A DNA stretch of 64,000 nt from assembly GCA_045863395.1 (NCBI GenBank), contig BTVJ01000001.1:1-64000 (forward strand). Reading direction: 5' to 3'. Position 1 is the first letter of the stretch; each line of letters starts with the position of its first letter. This DNA comes from Myxococcales bacterium. GTDB lineage: Bacteria > Myxococcota_A > UBA9042 > JABWCM01 > BTVJ01. The notes under the pieces are model-generated. The model did no database searches. It saw only the letters and a program-made list of their open reading frames with translations, and was not told the DNA's origin. The translations under genes and the position numbers were made by a program. This document shows, one piece after another, positions 46,459-56,044 of the stretch.

Positions 46459-48590
46459 TACAGCGGCGGCGTCCCGAGGACCTCGTAGGGATCCAGGATC
46501 TCCGCCACGCCGGTCTCGATCCACGTCTGCAGGAAGTGGGTCTCCTGCAACAGTCCCTCCTCACTCTTCGCCACATTGTCGTGCTCCGCCGCCACCGGCG
46601 CCGCCCCGACCGACTTGGTCACCCTGTCGAATTGAAACAGGCCCGCGGTCACGTCCGGAGCCATGTTGCCCGAGAACGGAGTCGGTGGCGACACCCCGAC
46701 GACGCCCACCTCCTGGAGCACGGGCTCCACGACCGGCACCCCGAGGGCCCGAGCCAGCGACCGGGTACACACGTTGGGCACGGTCTTGTCCCCCACGGCC
46801 ATGTTGAGCAGGAGCTGCGGCACGGGCCCAGCGCCCGGGAGCCGATCAGAGAGCACGTAAGGGGCGTAGTTGGAGGCGTCACCCCGCTCGATGAGGGTCT
46901 GGAGCACGGGGAAGAAGCGCACGACGTCCGACTTCGTGGCCCCGGCTGGCGTGAGGCCGAACAGGATCGGCGCAAAGGTCTCGCTGTCGCTCATGATGGA
47001 GGTGACGCGCCCACCGGGGACGGACAGGATCGCCGCCCCGACCCCCGGACTGAGCGCCAGCAGCTCGGCGCCCATGATCCCCCCGAGGCTCACCCCGAGG
47101 TAGCTGATGTGCTCGCTGTCGAGCTCGGGCGCGCCGTCTCCGTCCAGGTCCGGCGCGTCCGTCAGCAGGCGCACGAGCTGGAGCTTGTCGTAGGTGGACT
47201 GGCGCCAGTTGTCGCGGAGTACGAGCCCGTCCAGCTCCAGGGTCTCCAGCGAGATCCCGAAGAATGCCGCCACCGAGACCGCTGTGGTCGGCTTGGCCGG
47301 GGCGCTCGGGTGCTGGCCGTGGGCCACCGCGTCGATGGCGACGGTGGCGATGCCCATGGGCGCGGCCACCTCGGCGAGGGCCTTGGCCTGCCCTCGGTCC
47401 GAGCCAAGGCCATGCCCGAAGATCACCACCGGCCACGGGGGTTCCGCCGAGAGCGGCAGCCAGAGGCGCACGAGCAGCTCGTACGGGGCCTGTGGGGCGC
47501 CGTCCTGGACGACGCCGGCGGGGTCGCGATAGTCCCAGGCCGCAAAGGCGCCGTCGCACTCGCGCCAGCCGGCCTTGTCGGCGCAGGCGGGGGGCGCGGC
47601 CCACGAATAGGAGCGCCCCGCCACGTCCGACGCGGCGGCCACCGACGTGTCCACGATGGTCTGGGCAGTGAAGACCGTGGCGGCGCTCACGTCGCCGGGC
47701 GCCACGCCGGTCTTGGCGAGCAGCTCCTCGTAGCGGGGAAGCAAACGCACCAGGCGCGGGTCGGCGGCCGTGCCCCCGAGCAGCTTGCGCAAGGTGGGGC
47801 TCGGGGAGATGCAGCCACCGTCCGCGGCGGGAAGGTCCCGCGTGATCACGACCCCATGGCGGTGCCCCGGTACCAGCGGGACCATGGGCCAGAGGATCAG
47901 CGTGCTCTCCTCGTCGGCGGTCTGCACCTCGAAGGGGATCTGCACGGCCTCCGGACCGCTCAGATCCACGAGCCGGATGGCGCTCGTGCTCGCCGTCGCC
48001 TCACCGCTCGGCACGTCGAGCACCGGGCCCGTGAACCGCAGCAACACCCCAGCCGTGGTCCCGAACCCGTCCAGCTCCTGGAGCTGCACGAAGACCTCGT
48101 CGTACCCACCGGGGATGGTGGACAACCACGGCGCCAGCTCGTCGTCGAAGCGCACCCGCAGCCCGGTGGCGCTCTTCGGGTCCTCCACGGTGTAGTAGTC
48201 GTCGGGGAAGGTCTCGACGGCGAGCCCTGCGGTGGGCGCATAGGCGAACGCGGTCTCCCCCTCGCACCACCCGAGGGGGGCGATCACGCCGCCCGAGTCC
48301 TCCTCCAGGTCACCGCCGGCGTCACCGCCGGCGTCACCACCGCCCCCACCATCGCCCCCACCACCGCCACCACCCCCAACGTCCTCGGTCCCCACCACGT
48401 CGCCGACGTCGCCCCCCGCAGTGTCTGGTCCGCTGGTGTCCCCCAGGGTTCCCCCGCCGTCCTCGCCGGTGGCATCTCCGCCGCCGAGGTCTCCGCCCGC
48501 GTCCCCGGCGGGCAGCGCCGCGTCTCCAGGGCCGTCGGAGGCGCCGCACGCAGGCAGCGCGAGGAGCAGGCACAGCACGGCGAGTCTCAT
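46458..48590 (-). CDS. Lipoprotein alpha/beta hydrolase (secreted lipase-like)
   Basis: LPAC lipobox; FPDD, LDGFGT N-domain; VIFGHGL, AIDAVAHG, RDNWRQ, GVSLGG nucleophile elbow, GDKTVPN, late His. Confidence 0.82.
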   Translation of the reverse strand: MRLAVLCLLLALPACGASDGPGDAALPAGDAGGDLGGGDATGEDGGGTLGDTSGPDTAGGDVGDVVGTEDVGGGGGGGGDGGGGGDAGGDAGGDLEEDSGGVIAPLGWCEGETAFAYAPTAGLAVETFPDDYYTVEDPKSATGLRVRFDDELAPWLSTIPGGYDEVFVQLQELDGFGTTAGVLLRFTGPVLDVPSGEATASTSAIRLVDLSGPEAVQIPFEVQTADEESTLILWPMVPLVPGHRHGVVITRDLPAADGGCISPSPTLRKLLGGTAADPRLVRLLPRYEELLAKTGVAPGDVSAATVFTAQTIVDTSVAAASDVAGRSYSWAAPPACADKAGWRECDGAFAAWDYRDPAGVVQDGAPQAPYELLVRLWLPLSAEPPWPVVIFGHGLGSDRGQAKALAEVAAPMGIATVAIDAVAHGQHPSAPAKPTTAVSVAAFFGISLETLELDGLVLRDNWRQSTYDKLQLVRLLTDAPDLDGDGAPELDSEHISYLGVSLGGIMGAELLALSPGVGAAILSVPGGRVTSIMSDSETFAPILFGLTPAGATKSDVVRFFPVLQTLIERGDASNYAPYVLSDRLPGAGPVPQLLLNMAVGDKTVPNVCTRSLARALGVPVVEPVLQEVGVVGVSPPTPFSGNMAPDVTAGLFQFDRVTKSVGAAPVAAEHDNVAKSEEGLLQETHFLQTWIETGVAEILDPYEVLGTPPL

Positions 48591-48718
48591 GGGTCCTCCG
48601 TGGGCGACGTTCGAGAGAGCCCGACCAGTATAGGGCCCTCATGGTCCCAGCGCGACACCGCGGCGACGGGCGAGCCCGGACCTGGTACAGTCGCGGATCC
48701 CGGACGGGAGGTGTCAGG

Positions 48719-51700
48719 ATGGGTGGGCTGATCGAGGGGCTGTACGAGGAGCTGCTGACGACCGTACGCCTCGCGGCCCTGGAGCAGCAGCGCCAGCAAG
48801 GGTGGGTCGCAGAGGTGGCGGACCTCGACGGGGCTGCCGCCCACACGGTGATCGCCCGCGCCCTGGCTCAGCGCATCGAGCGGGCCCTGCGCGCGGTCCC
48901 ACACGACGAGCACCGACTGGAGTCACAGATCGCGCTCGCGAACCGTGTGCTCGCCCTCCTGGGCGAGGGCGGCGAAGCGCTGACCCCCAAGGAGCTGCAC
49001 GCCCTGGTCCGGCCCACCAGCGATCTGTCTCCGCGGTGCAGCCCCCCTCGCCCCGGGATCCCGCTGTCCGACCTGGGGCTCATCGTCAACGGCAAGGACT
49101 GGCGCATCGGGGCAGAGGTCTCCCGCGAGCTCCAGTCCGCCGACGAGGTGGATCTGGTCTGCTCCTTCATCCTGATGTCAGGGGTTCGCACCCTCCTGGA
49201 CGGCGTCGAGCGGCTCCGGGAGCGGGGTGGGCGCCTCCGCGTCCTGACGACGACCTACACCGGGGCGACGCAGCTCCGCGCGCTGGATGCCCTGGCGGCC
49301 CGCGGCGCTGAGATCCGCGTCTCCTACGACGGGAGCCGCACCAGGCTCCACGCCAAGGCGTGGATGTTCTGGCGGCGGACCGGCTGGCACACGGCCTACG
49401 TGGGGTCCTCCAACCTGTCCTCGTCTGCGCTCGTCGACGGGCTGGAGTGGAACGTGCGCCTGGCCGCGCGCGCCGCCCCTCAGGTCCTGGAGAAGCTCCG
49501 GGCGACCTTCGAGAACTACTGGAGCGACGGTGAGTTCGAGCCCCTTGATCGGGACCGCTTCTGTCGGGCCGTCCAGGTCGAGCGGCGCTCGCGGGAGGAG
49601 CCGTTCTCGACGCTGGAGCTCCGCCCGTACCCGTTCCAGGCCGAGATCCTGGAGCGGCTGCGCGTCGAGAGGGAGCTCCACGACCGCTGGGCCTCGCTCG
49701 TGGTCGCGGCCACGGGGACCGGCAAGACCGTCATCGCCGCCCTCGACTACAAGGGCCTGGTCGAGCGCCTGGGACCGCTCCGGCTGCTGTTCATCGCCCA
49801 CCGCCGAGAGATCCTGCAGGCGAGCCGCGCGACCTTCAGGCACGCCCTGGGCGACGGCTCCTTCGGCGAGCTGCTGGTGGACGGAGAGCGCCCGGCCGAC
49901 GGGCGGCACGTCTTCGCGTCCATCCAGTCCCTCGCGCTGCTCGACCTCGCTGCCCTCTCTCCGACCGCCTACGACGTCGTCGTCGTGGACGAGGTGCACC
50001 ACGCCGCCGCAGCCACCTACGAGGCGCTCCTCGCGCACCTGCGCCCGCAAGTGCTCCTCGGGCTGACCGCGACGCCCGAGCGCGCAGACGGGCAGAGCAT
50101 CCTCGGCTGGTTCGGCGGGCGCATCGCCGCAGAGCTCCGCCTCTGGGACGCCATCGACCGCGGCCTGCTCGTGCCCTTCCACTACTTCGGCCTGGCCGAC
50201 GAGGTGGACCTGTCACGGGTCACCTGGAGCCGCGGCCGCTACGCCCCCGCGGAGCTGGACAACGTCTACACGGGCCACGACGCCCGGGCGCGCCTCGTGC
50301 TGCGGGCGGTCCGCGACACCGTGGACGACGTGCGCTCCATGCGAGCCCTGGGCTTCTGCGTCAGCGTGCGCCACGCCCGCTTCATGGCCAGCAGGTTCGA
50401 CGAGGCCGGGATTCCGGCGCTCGCGCTCAGCGCGGAGACCGACCGGGAGACGCGCGCCGACGCCATGCGCAGGCTGCGGGACCGCGAGGTCAACGTGCTG
50501 TTCACCGTCGACCTCTTCAACGAGGGGGTCGACATGCCCTGGCTCGACACGGTGCTGTTCCTGCGCCCCACCGAGAGCGTGACCGTGTTCCTGCAGCAGC
50601 TCGGCCGCGGCCTGCGGACCGCGCCCGGCAAGCCCCTGCTGACCGCCCTCGACTTCGTGGGGCAGGCCCACCGCAGCTTCCGCTTCGACCTGCGGTGGCG
50701 AGCGCTGACGGGGGGCTCGCGCCGGGAAGTGCTGGAGCAGGTCGAGCAGGGCTTCCCGCTGCTCCCGGCCGGGTGCTCCGTCCACCTGGACCGGGTCTCC
50801 CGCCAGGTCGTGCTGGAGAACATCCGCCAGGCGGTGGGGACGAGCGCCCGCTCCCTGCGGGACGAGCTGCGCCGCCTGGGCGACGTCGACCTCGCCACCT
50901 TCCTGCGGGAGGCGGCCGTCGAGCCCGAGGAGCTCTACCGGGGGCGCAGCTTCACCGACCTGCGGCGCGACGTCGACCTCCCTACCGCCCCGCCCGGGCC
51001 GGACGAGACGCTGCTGCTGCGCCGCCTCCGTGGGCTCCTCCACCTGGACGACCCCGCGCGCATCGCTTCCGCCCGCGCCCTCCTCGCAGGGTCCGACCCG
51101 ATCACCGAGCAGGAACGCCGCCTCGCGCAAATGCTGCTCGTGTCGCTCCTGGGCCTGGACGCGACGGACCTGGAGGCCGGGCTCGCCCGCCTGCGCCGCC
51201 ACGACGCCGTCTGTCAGGAGCTGCGGTCCCTCCTCGACGTCCTCGACGAGCGGGTGGCGCACATCCCCATCGACCTTGGCGTCCCCGACGTCCCGCTCCG
51301 CGTCCACTGCCGCTACAGCCTCGACGAGGTGATGGCGGCCTTTGGTGACGTGCGCAACGGCGCCGTGTACCGCCCGCGAGGCCAAGGAGTCCACTTCGAC
51401 AGGCCGACGGCCTGCCACCTGCTCTTCGTGACGCTCTGCAAGTCGGAGCGGGACTACTCCCCATCCACCATGTACGACGACTACGCCATCTCCGAGCGGG
51501 CCTTCCACTGGCAGTCCCAGAGCACGACCGCTGCGGGCAGCCTCGACGGGCGGCGCCACCAGCAGCACGCTGCCCTCGGGGTGACACCGCTGCTCTTCGT
51601 GCGGGAGCGAAAGAAGGACGACCGGGGGCAGACCCTGCCCTACACGCTCCTCGGCCCCGTCACCTACGTCTCCCACGAGGGGGAGCGCCCCATGAGCATC

Positions 51701-51763
51701 GTGTGGGAGCTGCGAGATCCCATCCCCTGGGAGGTCCTGCGCCATGCCAGGGTCGCGGCCTGA
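48719..51763 (+). CDS. PLD nuclease-SF2 helicase-DUF3427 protein (SauUSI-like Type IV restriction enzyme)
   Basis: LHAK..YVGSSNLS (PLD), ATGTGKT, DEVHH, LTATPER, VDLFNEGVD, QQLGRGLR, LFVTL.K..YDDYAIS..FHWQSQS. Confidence 0.88.
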   Translation: MGGLIEGLYEELLTTVRLAALEQQRQQGWVAEVADLDGAAAHTVIARALAQRIERALRAVPHDEHRLESQIALANRVLALLGEGGEALTPKELHALVRPTSDLSPRCSPPRPGIPLSDLGLIVNGKDWRIGAEVSRELQSADEVDLVCSFILMSGVRTLLDGVERLRERGGRLRVLTTTYTGATQLRALDALAARGAEIRVSYDGSRTRLHAKAWMFWRRTGWHTAYVGSSNLSSSALVDGLEWNVRLAARAAPQVLEKLRATFENYWSDGEFEPLDRDRFCRAVQVERRSREEPFSTLELRPYPFQAEILERLRVERELHDRWASLVVAATGTGKTVIAALDYKGLVERLGPLRLLFIAHRREILQASRATFRHALGDGSFGELLVDGERPADGRHVFASIQSLALLDLAALSPTAYDVVVVDEVHHAAAATYEALLAHLRPQVLLGLTATPERADGQSILGWFGGRIAAELRLWDAIDRGLLVPFHYFGLADEVDLSRVTWSRGRYAPAELDNVYTGHDARARLVLRAVRDTVDDVRSMRALGFCVSVRHARFMASRFDEAGIPALALSAETDRETRADAMRRLRDREVNVLFTVDLFNEGVDMPWLDTVLFLRPTESVTVFLQQLGRGLRTAPGKPLLTALDFVGQAHRSFRFDLRWRALTGGSRREVLEQVEQGFPLLPAGCSVHLDRVSRQVVLENIRQAVGTSARSLRDELRRLGDVDLATFLREAAVEPEELYRGRSFTDLRRDVDLPTAPPGPDETLLLRRLRGLLHLDDPARIASARALLAGSDPITEQERRLAQMLLVSLLGLDATDLEAGLARLRRHDAVCQELRSLLDVLDERVAHIPIDLGVPDVPLRVHCRYSLDEVMAAFGDVRNGAVYRPRGQGVHFDRPTACHLLFVTLCKSERDYSPSTMYDDYAISERAFHWQSQSTTAAGSLDGRRHQQHAALGVTPLLFVRERKKDDRGQTLPYTLLGPVTYVSHEGERPMSIVWELRDPIPWEVLRHARVAA

Positions 51764-51894
51764 GAACCTCGGCACCAGGGATACGCACGCCAACGCCACA
51801 AGCGCAACACATGCGTAGAATTACCACAGCGTCTTTACGACCCGAGGCGCCCATTGGCCGCGACGGGGCGCCACGAGACGACGTCATGCACGGG

Positions 51895-51910
51895 TGGCAC
51901 AGCCCTTGCT
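51895..51910 (+). promoter_or_regulatory. Sigma-54 (-24/-12) promoter
   Basis: TGGCAC-AGCCC-TTGCT matches TGGCAC-N5-TTGC, 26 nt upstream of ATG 51937 with GGAGG RBS. Confidence 0.75.
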
Positions 51911-51936
51911 GTTGAGTTCGACTCACGGAGGTACTC

Positions 51937-53568
51937 ATGAAGATCAAGAATTTCACACCGCGTAGGGGGCTCGTCGCCGCAGGCCTCGCCCTGGCAGCGC
52001 TCCTCGGCGCCTGCGAGACGACCACCGACTCCCAGAGCACCGACTCCCAGAGCACGGACACTGCGGGCGACGCCCAAGGCGGCGACGTGGGGATCACCTG
52101 CACCGTAGGCGACAAGACCTATGCCCAGGGCGACAGCTTCCCATCGAGCGACGGCTGCAACACCTGCACGTGCGGAGCCGACGGGCAGGTCGCCTGCACG
52201 CTGATGGCCTGCCAGGTGACCTGTGACTACGGCGGCACGACCTACCCGGCCGGGGACTCGTTCCCGTCCACCGACGGCTGCAATACGTGCTCGTGCGAAG
52301 ATGACGGCCAGGTCTCCTGCACGCTGATGGCCTGCGTCGCCGAGTGCGTCGTGGGAGGCACGACCTACCAGCCGGGCGAGACCTGGGCTGCCGACTGCAA
52401 CACCTGCACGTGCGAAGAGGACGGGAGCGTCTCGTGCACGGAGATGCTCTGCCCGATGCCCTGCGTCCACGAGGGCGTGACCTACGCTCCCGGCGACGTC
52501 GTCCCCTGGGGCGACGGGTGCAGCGCCTGCACCTGCCAGGAGTCGGGAACCATCGCGTGCGACCAGAGCGCCTGCGGGACGTGCACCCACGAGGGCCAGA
52601 CCTACGGAGTCGGCGACTCCTTCCCGGCCGGCGACGGTTGCAACACCTGTACGTGCCAGGAGGACGGCTCGGTCGCCTGCACGCTGATCGCCTGCGCCGC
52701 GGTCTGCGACCACAACGGCCGGGAGCTGGTGGCAGGACAGGTCATCGGGGCGGGCGACGGGTGCGGCAAGTGTGAGTGCGAGGCCGACGGCACCGTGGAC
52801 TGCGCCTGGCCGGTCACATGCACCTGCGAGCCGGTCGATGGAGGCGGCCTGGACTACATCGGCGAGACCGTGGACATCTGCGCCGTCATCGACTTCGCCT
52901 GTCCGGACGGGACCACCCACTTCCAGAACGAGTGCGGCTGCGGCTGTGAGCAGAGCCCGGCCTGCCCGGACGAGGTGGACTGCGCGACCGGGGCTGCACA
53001 ATGCAGCGACCCGAGCTTCGCGGCGGGCTGCCCATACACGACCCTCCTGAACGCACCACCGCCGGCCTGCTGCGGCGCGGACGCCGACTGCGGTCCCGGG
53101 TGGGTCTGCGGCGGGGGAGCTGGCGGTATGGGCGTCTGCAAGCTGCCCGCGGAGGGCGACGCCTGCTGGTCCGACGGGGAGTGCGCGGAGGGCAGCTCCT
53201 GCGTGGGCGGCTTCACCTGCCCCTGCAACGCCGACTGCGATGGCTGGGACGAGCCCGGGACCTGCACGTCCGAAGAGAACGAGTGCACGAAGGATGCGGA
53301 CTGCCCGAGCGGGCAGTGCATCGCCGGGCCCCTCTGCCTCGACTGGTGCCTGGCGGGCGACCCGGCCTGCTGCTACGGCAACACCTGCGCCCCCTCCGCC
53401 TGCGGCCCGCTCCCGCCCAAGGGCTGCTCCAGTGACGGCCAGTGCACCGGGGGCGCCAAGTGCGTCATCGACGGGGGGTGCCACGCCTCGGTGTGCGGGT
53501 GCAACCCCGAGGAGGGCCTGATCATGTGTACGGCCGACTGCCAGCCCGGCTCCTGCAAGGCGCCCTGA
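51937..53568 (+). CDS. Cys-rich lipoprotein with VWC/pacifastin-like repeats
   Basis: LGAC lipobox; repeated Y..GDSF...DGCNTCTC..DG.V.CT..AC units. Confidence 0.82.
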   Translation: MKIKNFTPRRGLVAAGLALAALLGACETTTDSQSTDSQSTDTAGDAQGGDVGITCTVGDKTYAQGDSFPSSDGCNTCTCGADGQVACTLMACQVTCDYGGTTYPAGDSFPSTDGCNTCSCEDDGQVSCTLMACVAECVVGGTTYQPGETWAADCNTCTCEEDGSVSCTEMLCPMPCVHEGVTYAPGDVVPWGDGCSACTCQESGTIACDQSACGTCTHEGQTYGVGDSFPAGDGCNTCTCQEDGSVACTLIACAAVCDHNGRELVAGQVIGAGDGCGKCECEADGTVDCAWPVTCTCEPVDGGGLDYIGETVDICAVIDFACPDGTTHFQNECGCGCEQSPACPDEVDCATGAAQCSDPSFAAGCPYTTLLNAPPPACCGADADCGPGWVCGGGAGGMGVCKLPAEGDACWSDGECAEGSSCVGGFTCPCNADCDGWDEPGTCTSEENECTKDADCPSGQCIAGPLCLDWCLAGDPACCYGNTCAPSACGPLPPKGCSSDGQCTGGAKCVIDGGCHASVCGCNPEEGLIMCTADCQPGSCKAP

Positions 53569-53665
53569 CCATCCCCAGCTCGCCCCTCGAAAAAAAGTCC
53601 GCAACGCCTCTGGTGCTCGCACGAAGTGGGTCGCGTTCAACGGCGCAACCCACGGAGGAGTACCC

Positions 53666-55534
53666 ATGAGCGAGGTCGTGTCCATCCGCGAGGCAACCCT
53701 TCCCGGTCTCCCCACCGTCATCCATGCCCGCCAGCTCCGCGACCGCCGCCTGGTCGACAACCTGGCCACCGCGCTCGGCCTCTCCTCCGAGGAGGCCACC
53801 GCCGTCCACGTCCTCGCCCTGCTCGCCCACGACCCCGCCGTCGAGGCCCTGGCCTCCCCCTACCGGGTGGACCCTGACGCGCCATCGCTCAACGTCCGCG
53901 ACCTGCTGGACTTCTCCCTGACCGCCGGCGCCCCCCTGGACCTGGCCGCCGTCACCCACCTGGAGCGCCAGGGGGTCCTGCTGGTCGACCGGCGCGACCC
54001 GTTCCTGTCCGAAGCTCGCCGCCCCATCGCCCTCCCCGCGCCCGTCGCCGCCTGCCTCCTGTCCACCCTGTCGCCCGAGGACTCCCTGCCGCCCTGCGCC
54101 ACCCTGCTGGTCGGCGACCCGGCCACCGTGGTCCCCGGCGTCAAGGGCGCCGCCCTCGGGCGTCTGGGCGCCATCGCCGGGGCCGTCGCCGGGGACGCTG
54201 CGCTGCTCGTCGCCGTCCTGGCCCAGGGGGGCGAGGGCGCGAGCCGGGTGGCGCGGCGCATCGCTGGCGTCGCGCGGCGCCACGTGCTCCGCATCGAGGC
54301 GGCGCTGCTCCCCGGTCGCGCCGACGACGCCCTGGCCATGCTCCACTCCCTCGCCGTCGCCGCCCGCTGCCAGGGCTGGGTGCTGCTCGTCGAGGGCCCC
54401 GACGCCGTCACGTTCCCCGCCGCCACCTGGAGCGCCGCGCTGGACCGAATGGCCGGCCTCGTGCTCGCCAGCACCACCAGCATCGACTCCCTGCCCGCCC
54501 CGCTCCGGGCCCGCCTCGCCGACCTGCTCGCCGTCAACGGCCAGGGCTCCACCACCCCCATGGACCTCATCTCCGAGCTCGGTGAGGGGCGCCTCGGCGA
54601 CGACTGGGACGACCCCACCCTACCCCACACGTCCCCTGCGGCGCTGGAGCAGGCCCTCCGCCGCGCCCGCGCCCTCGGGGGCGACATCTCCCGCGCCGAG
54701 GTCACCCACTCCCTGCGCCGCGTCTCGTCCAGCGCCCCCGAGGGCGGCGCGTGGCTGCTGTCACCCAAGGCCCGCCTCGCGGACATGGTCCTGGAGCCAG
54801 GCATCGCCCGCGAGCTCAACGACGTCGCCGCCGCCTGCCGCGTCCAGGCGGACGTGCTCGACGGCTGGGGCTTCCGGGGCGTGCGCGCCTCGGGCCACGG
54901 CGTCGGCGTGCTGCTCGACGGCCCCCCCGGCACCGGCAAGACCATGGCCGCCCATGCCTTGGCCCACGCGCTGGGGCGCCCCGTCCTCCAGGTGGACGTC
55001 CCCTCCGTGCTCAGCCGCTGGCTCGGCGAGACCGAGCAGCGCCTGGCCGAGCTGTTCCGCCGCGCCCGCGCGGTGGACGCGGTGCTGCTCTTCGACGAGG
55101 CCGACTCCTTCTTCGCGCGCCGCACCACGGACGTGAAGGGCGCCAACGACCGCTACGCCAACGTGGAGGTCAACACGGTGCTCCAGCTCCTGGAGCAGCA
55201 CGAGGGGGTCATCGTCCTGACCACCAACCTGGCCGAGGCGCTGGACCCGGCGGTCCGCCGCCGCCTCCGCTACCGCCTCACCTTCGCGGCCCCGGGCGTC
55301 GACGAGCGCGAGAGCCTGTGGCGCCGCAACCTGCCGCCCGCCGCCCCGGTCGCGGCCGACGTGGACCCCCTCGAGCTCGCCGAGTGCTATGAGCTGACCG
55401 GCGCCCACGTGGCCAACGCGGCGCTGCGGGCCGCCGCACGGGCCGCCAGCGAGGGATCCCCCATCACCCAGGTACACCTGAAGGACGCCGCCCGCGCCGA
55501 GTGCCGCGCCCTCGGCATGCTGTGTCGCGACTGA
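53666..55534 (+). CDS. AAA+ ATPase (degenerate first and intact second AAA module; Pvc15/Afp15-like layout)
   Basis: GPPGTGKT, SRWLGETEQRL, LLFDEADSFFARRT, DRYAN.EVN.VLQ, LTTNL...LDPAVRRR. Confidence 0.85.
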   Translation: MSEVVSIREATLPGLPTVIHARQLRDRRLVDNLATALGLSSEEATAVHVLALLAHDPAVEALASPYRVDPDAPSLNVRDLLDFSLTAGAPLDLAAVTHLERQGVLLVDRRDPFLSEARRPIALPAPVAACLLSTLSPEDSLPPCATLLVGDPATVVPGVKGAALGRLGAIAGAVAGDAALLVAVLAQGGEGASRVARRIAGVARRHVLRIEAALLPGRADDALAMLHSLAVAARCQGWVLLVEGPDAVTFPAATWSAALDRMAGLVLASTTSIDSLPAPLRARLADLLAVNGQGSTTPMDLISELGEGRLGDDWDDPTLPHTSPAALEQALRRARALGGDISRAEVTHSLRRVSSSAPEGGAWLLSPKARLADMVLEPGIARELNDVAAACRVQADVLDGWGFRGVRASGHGVGVLLDGPPGTGKTMAAHALAHALGRPVLQVDVPSVLSRWLGETEQRLAELFRRARAVDAVLLFDEADSFFARRTTDVKGANDRYANVEVNTVLQLLEQHEGVIVLTTNLAEALDPAVRRRLRYRLTFAAPGVDERESLWRRNLPPAAPVAADVDPLELAECYELTGAHVANAALRAAARAASEGSPITQVHLKDAARAECRALGMLCRD

Positions 55535-55627
55535 CCCTCTCACCCGTCCACCACAGGCCCCCCGTCTCTCAGCTCCCGGTGTCCTCCGGGTTGCATTCGC
55601 CCCTCCCGTCGGGGACAATCGCCCGTC

Positions 55628-56044
55628 ATGAGCGGCGAAGGACGAGACGAGCGGCACCGCCTGGGGCGCCGGACGTTCCTGGTGGGCGCGTCGGTGGGCG
55701 CCGTGGCGCTTGCGGGCGCCATCCCCATGGTGCGCGGGCGACGCGTCCCGGCCTTCACGGTGCAGGCGGCCGCCTTCGAGCAGGAGGTGGGCGTGCGGAT
55801 CCCCAACGACCTGGCCCCCCCAGCCGAGCTGGCCCTGGTGCTCAGGTGCCAGGGCACCGAGCGGGTGCTCTCGTGGCACGAGGCGCCCCCTGGCGAGGAG
55901 GTCCGCGTCCGCCTCGCCTACCCGTTCGGCTCGCTGGTCCCGGGGGAGTACACCTACGTGGCCCGCGTCACCGACGCCCGCGGCGCCGCGGCGGCCAGCG
56001 AGCCGCTGACGGTCACCCTCAGCCGGTACCGCTTCGGATGCTGA
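55628..56044 (+). CDS. Small Tat-signal protein
   Basis: GRRTFLVG twin-arginine motif; overlaps the next start. Confidence 0.65.
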   Translation: MSGEGRDERHRLGRRTFLVGASVGAVALAGAIPMVRGRRVPAFTVQAAAFEQEVGVRIPNDLAPPAELALVLRCQGTERVLSWHEAPPGEEVRVRLAYPFGSLVPGEYTYVARVTDARGAAAASEPLTVTLSRYRFGC

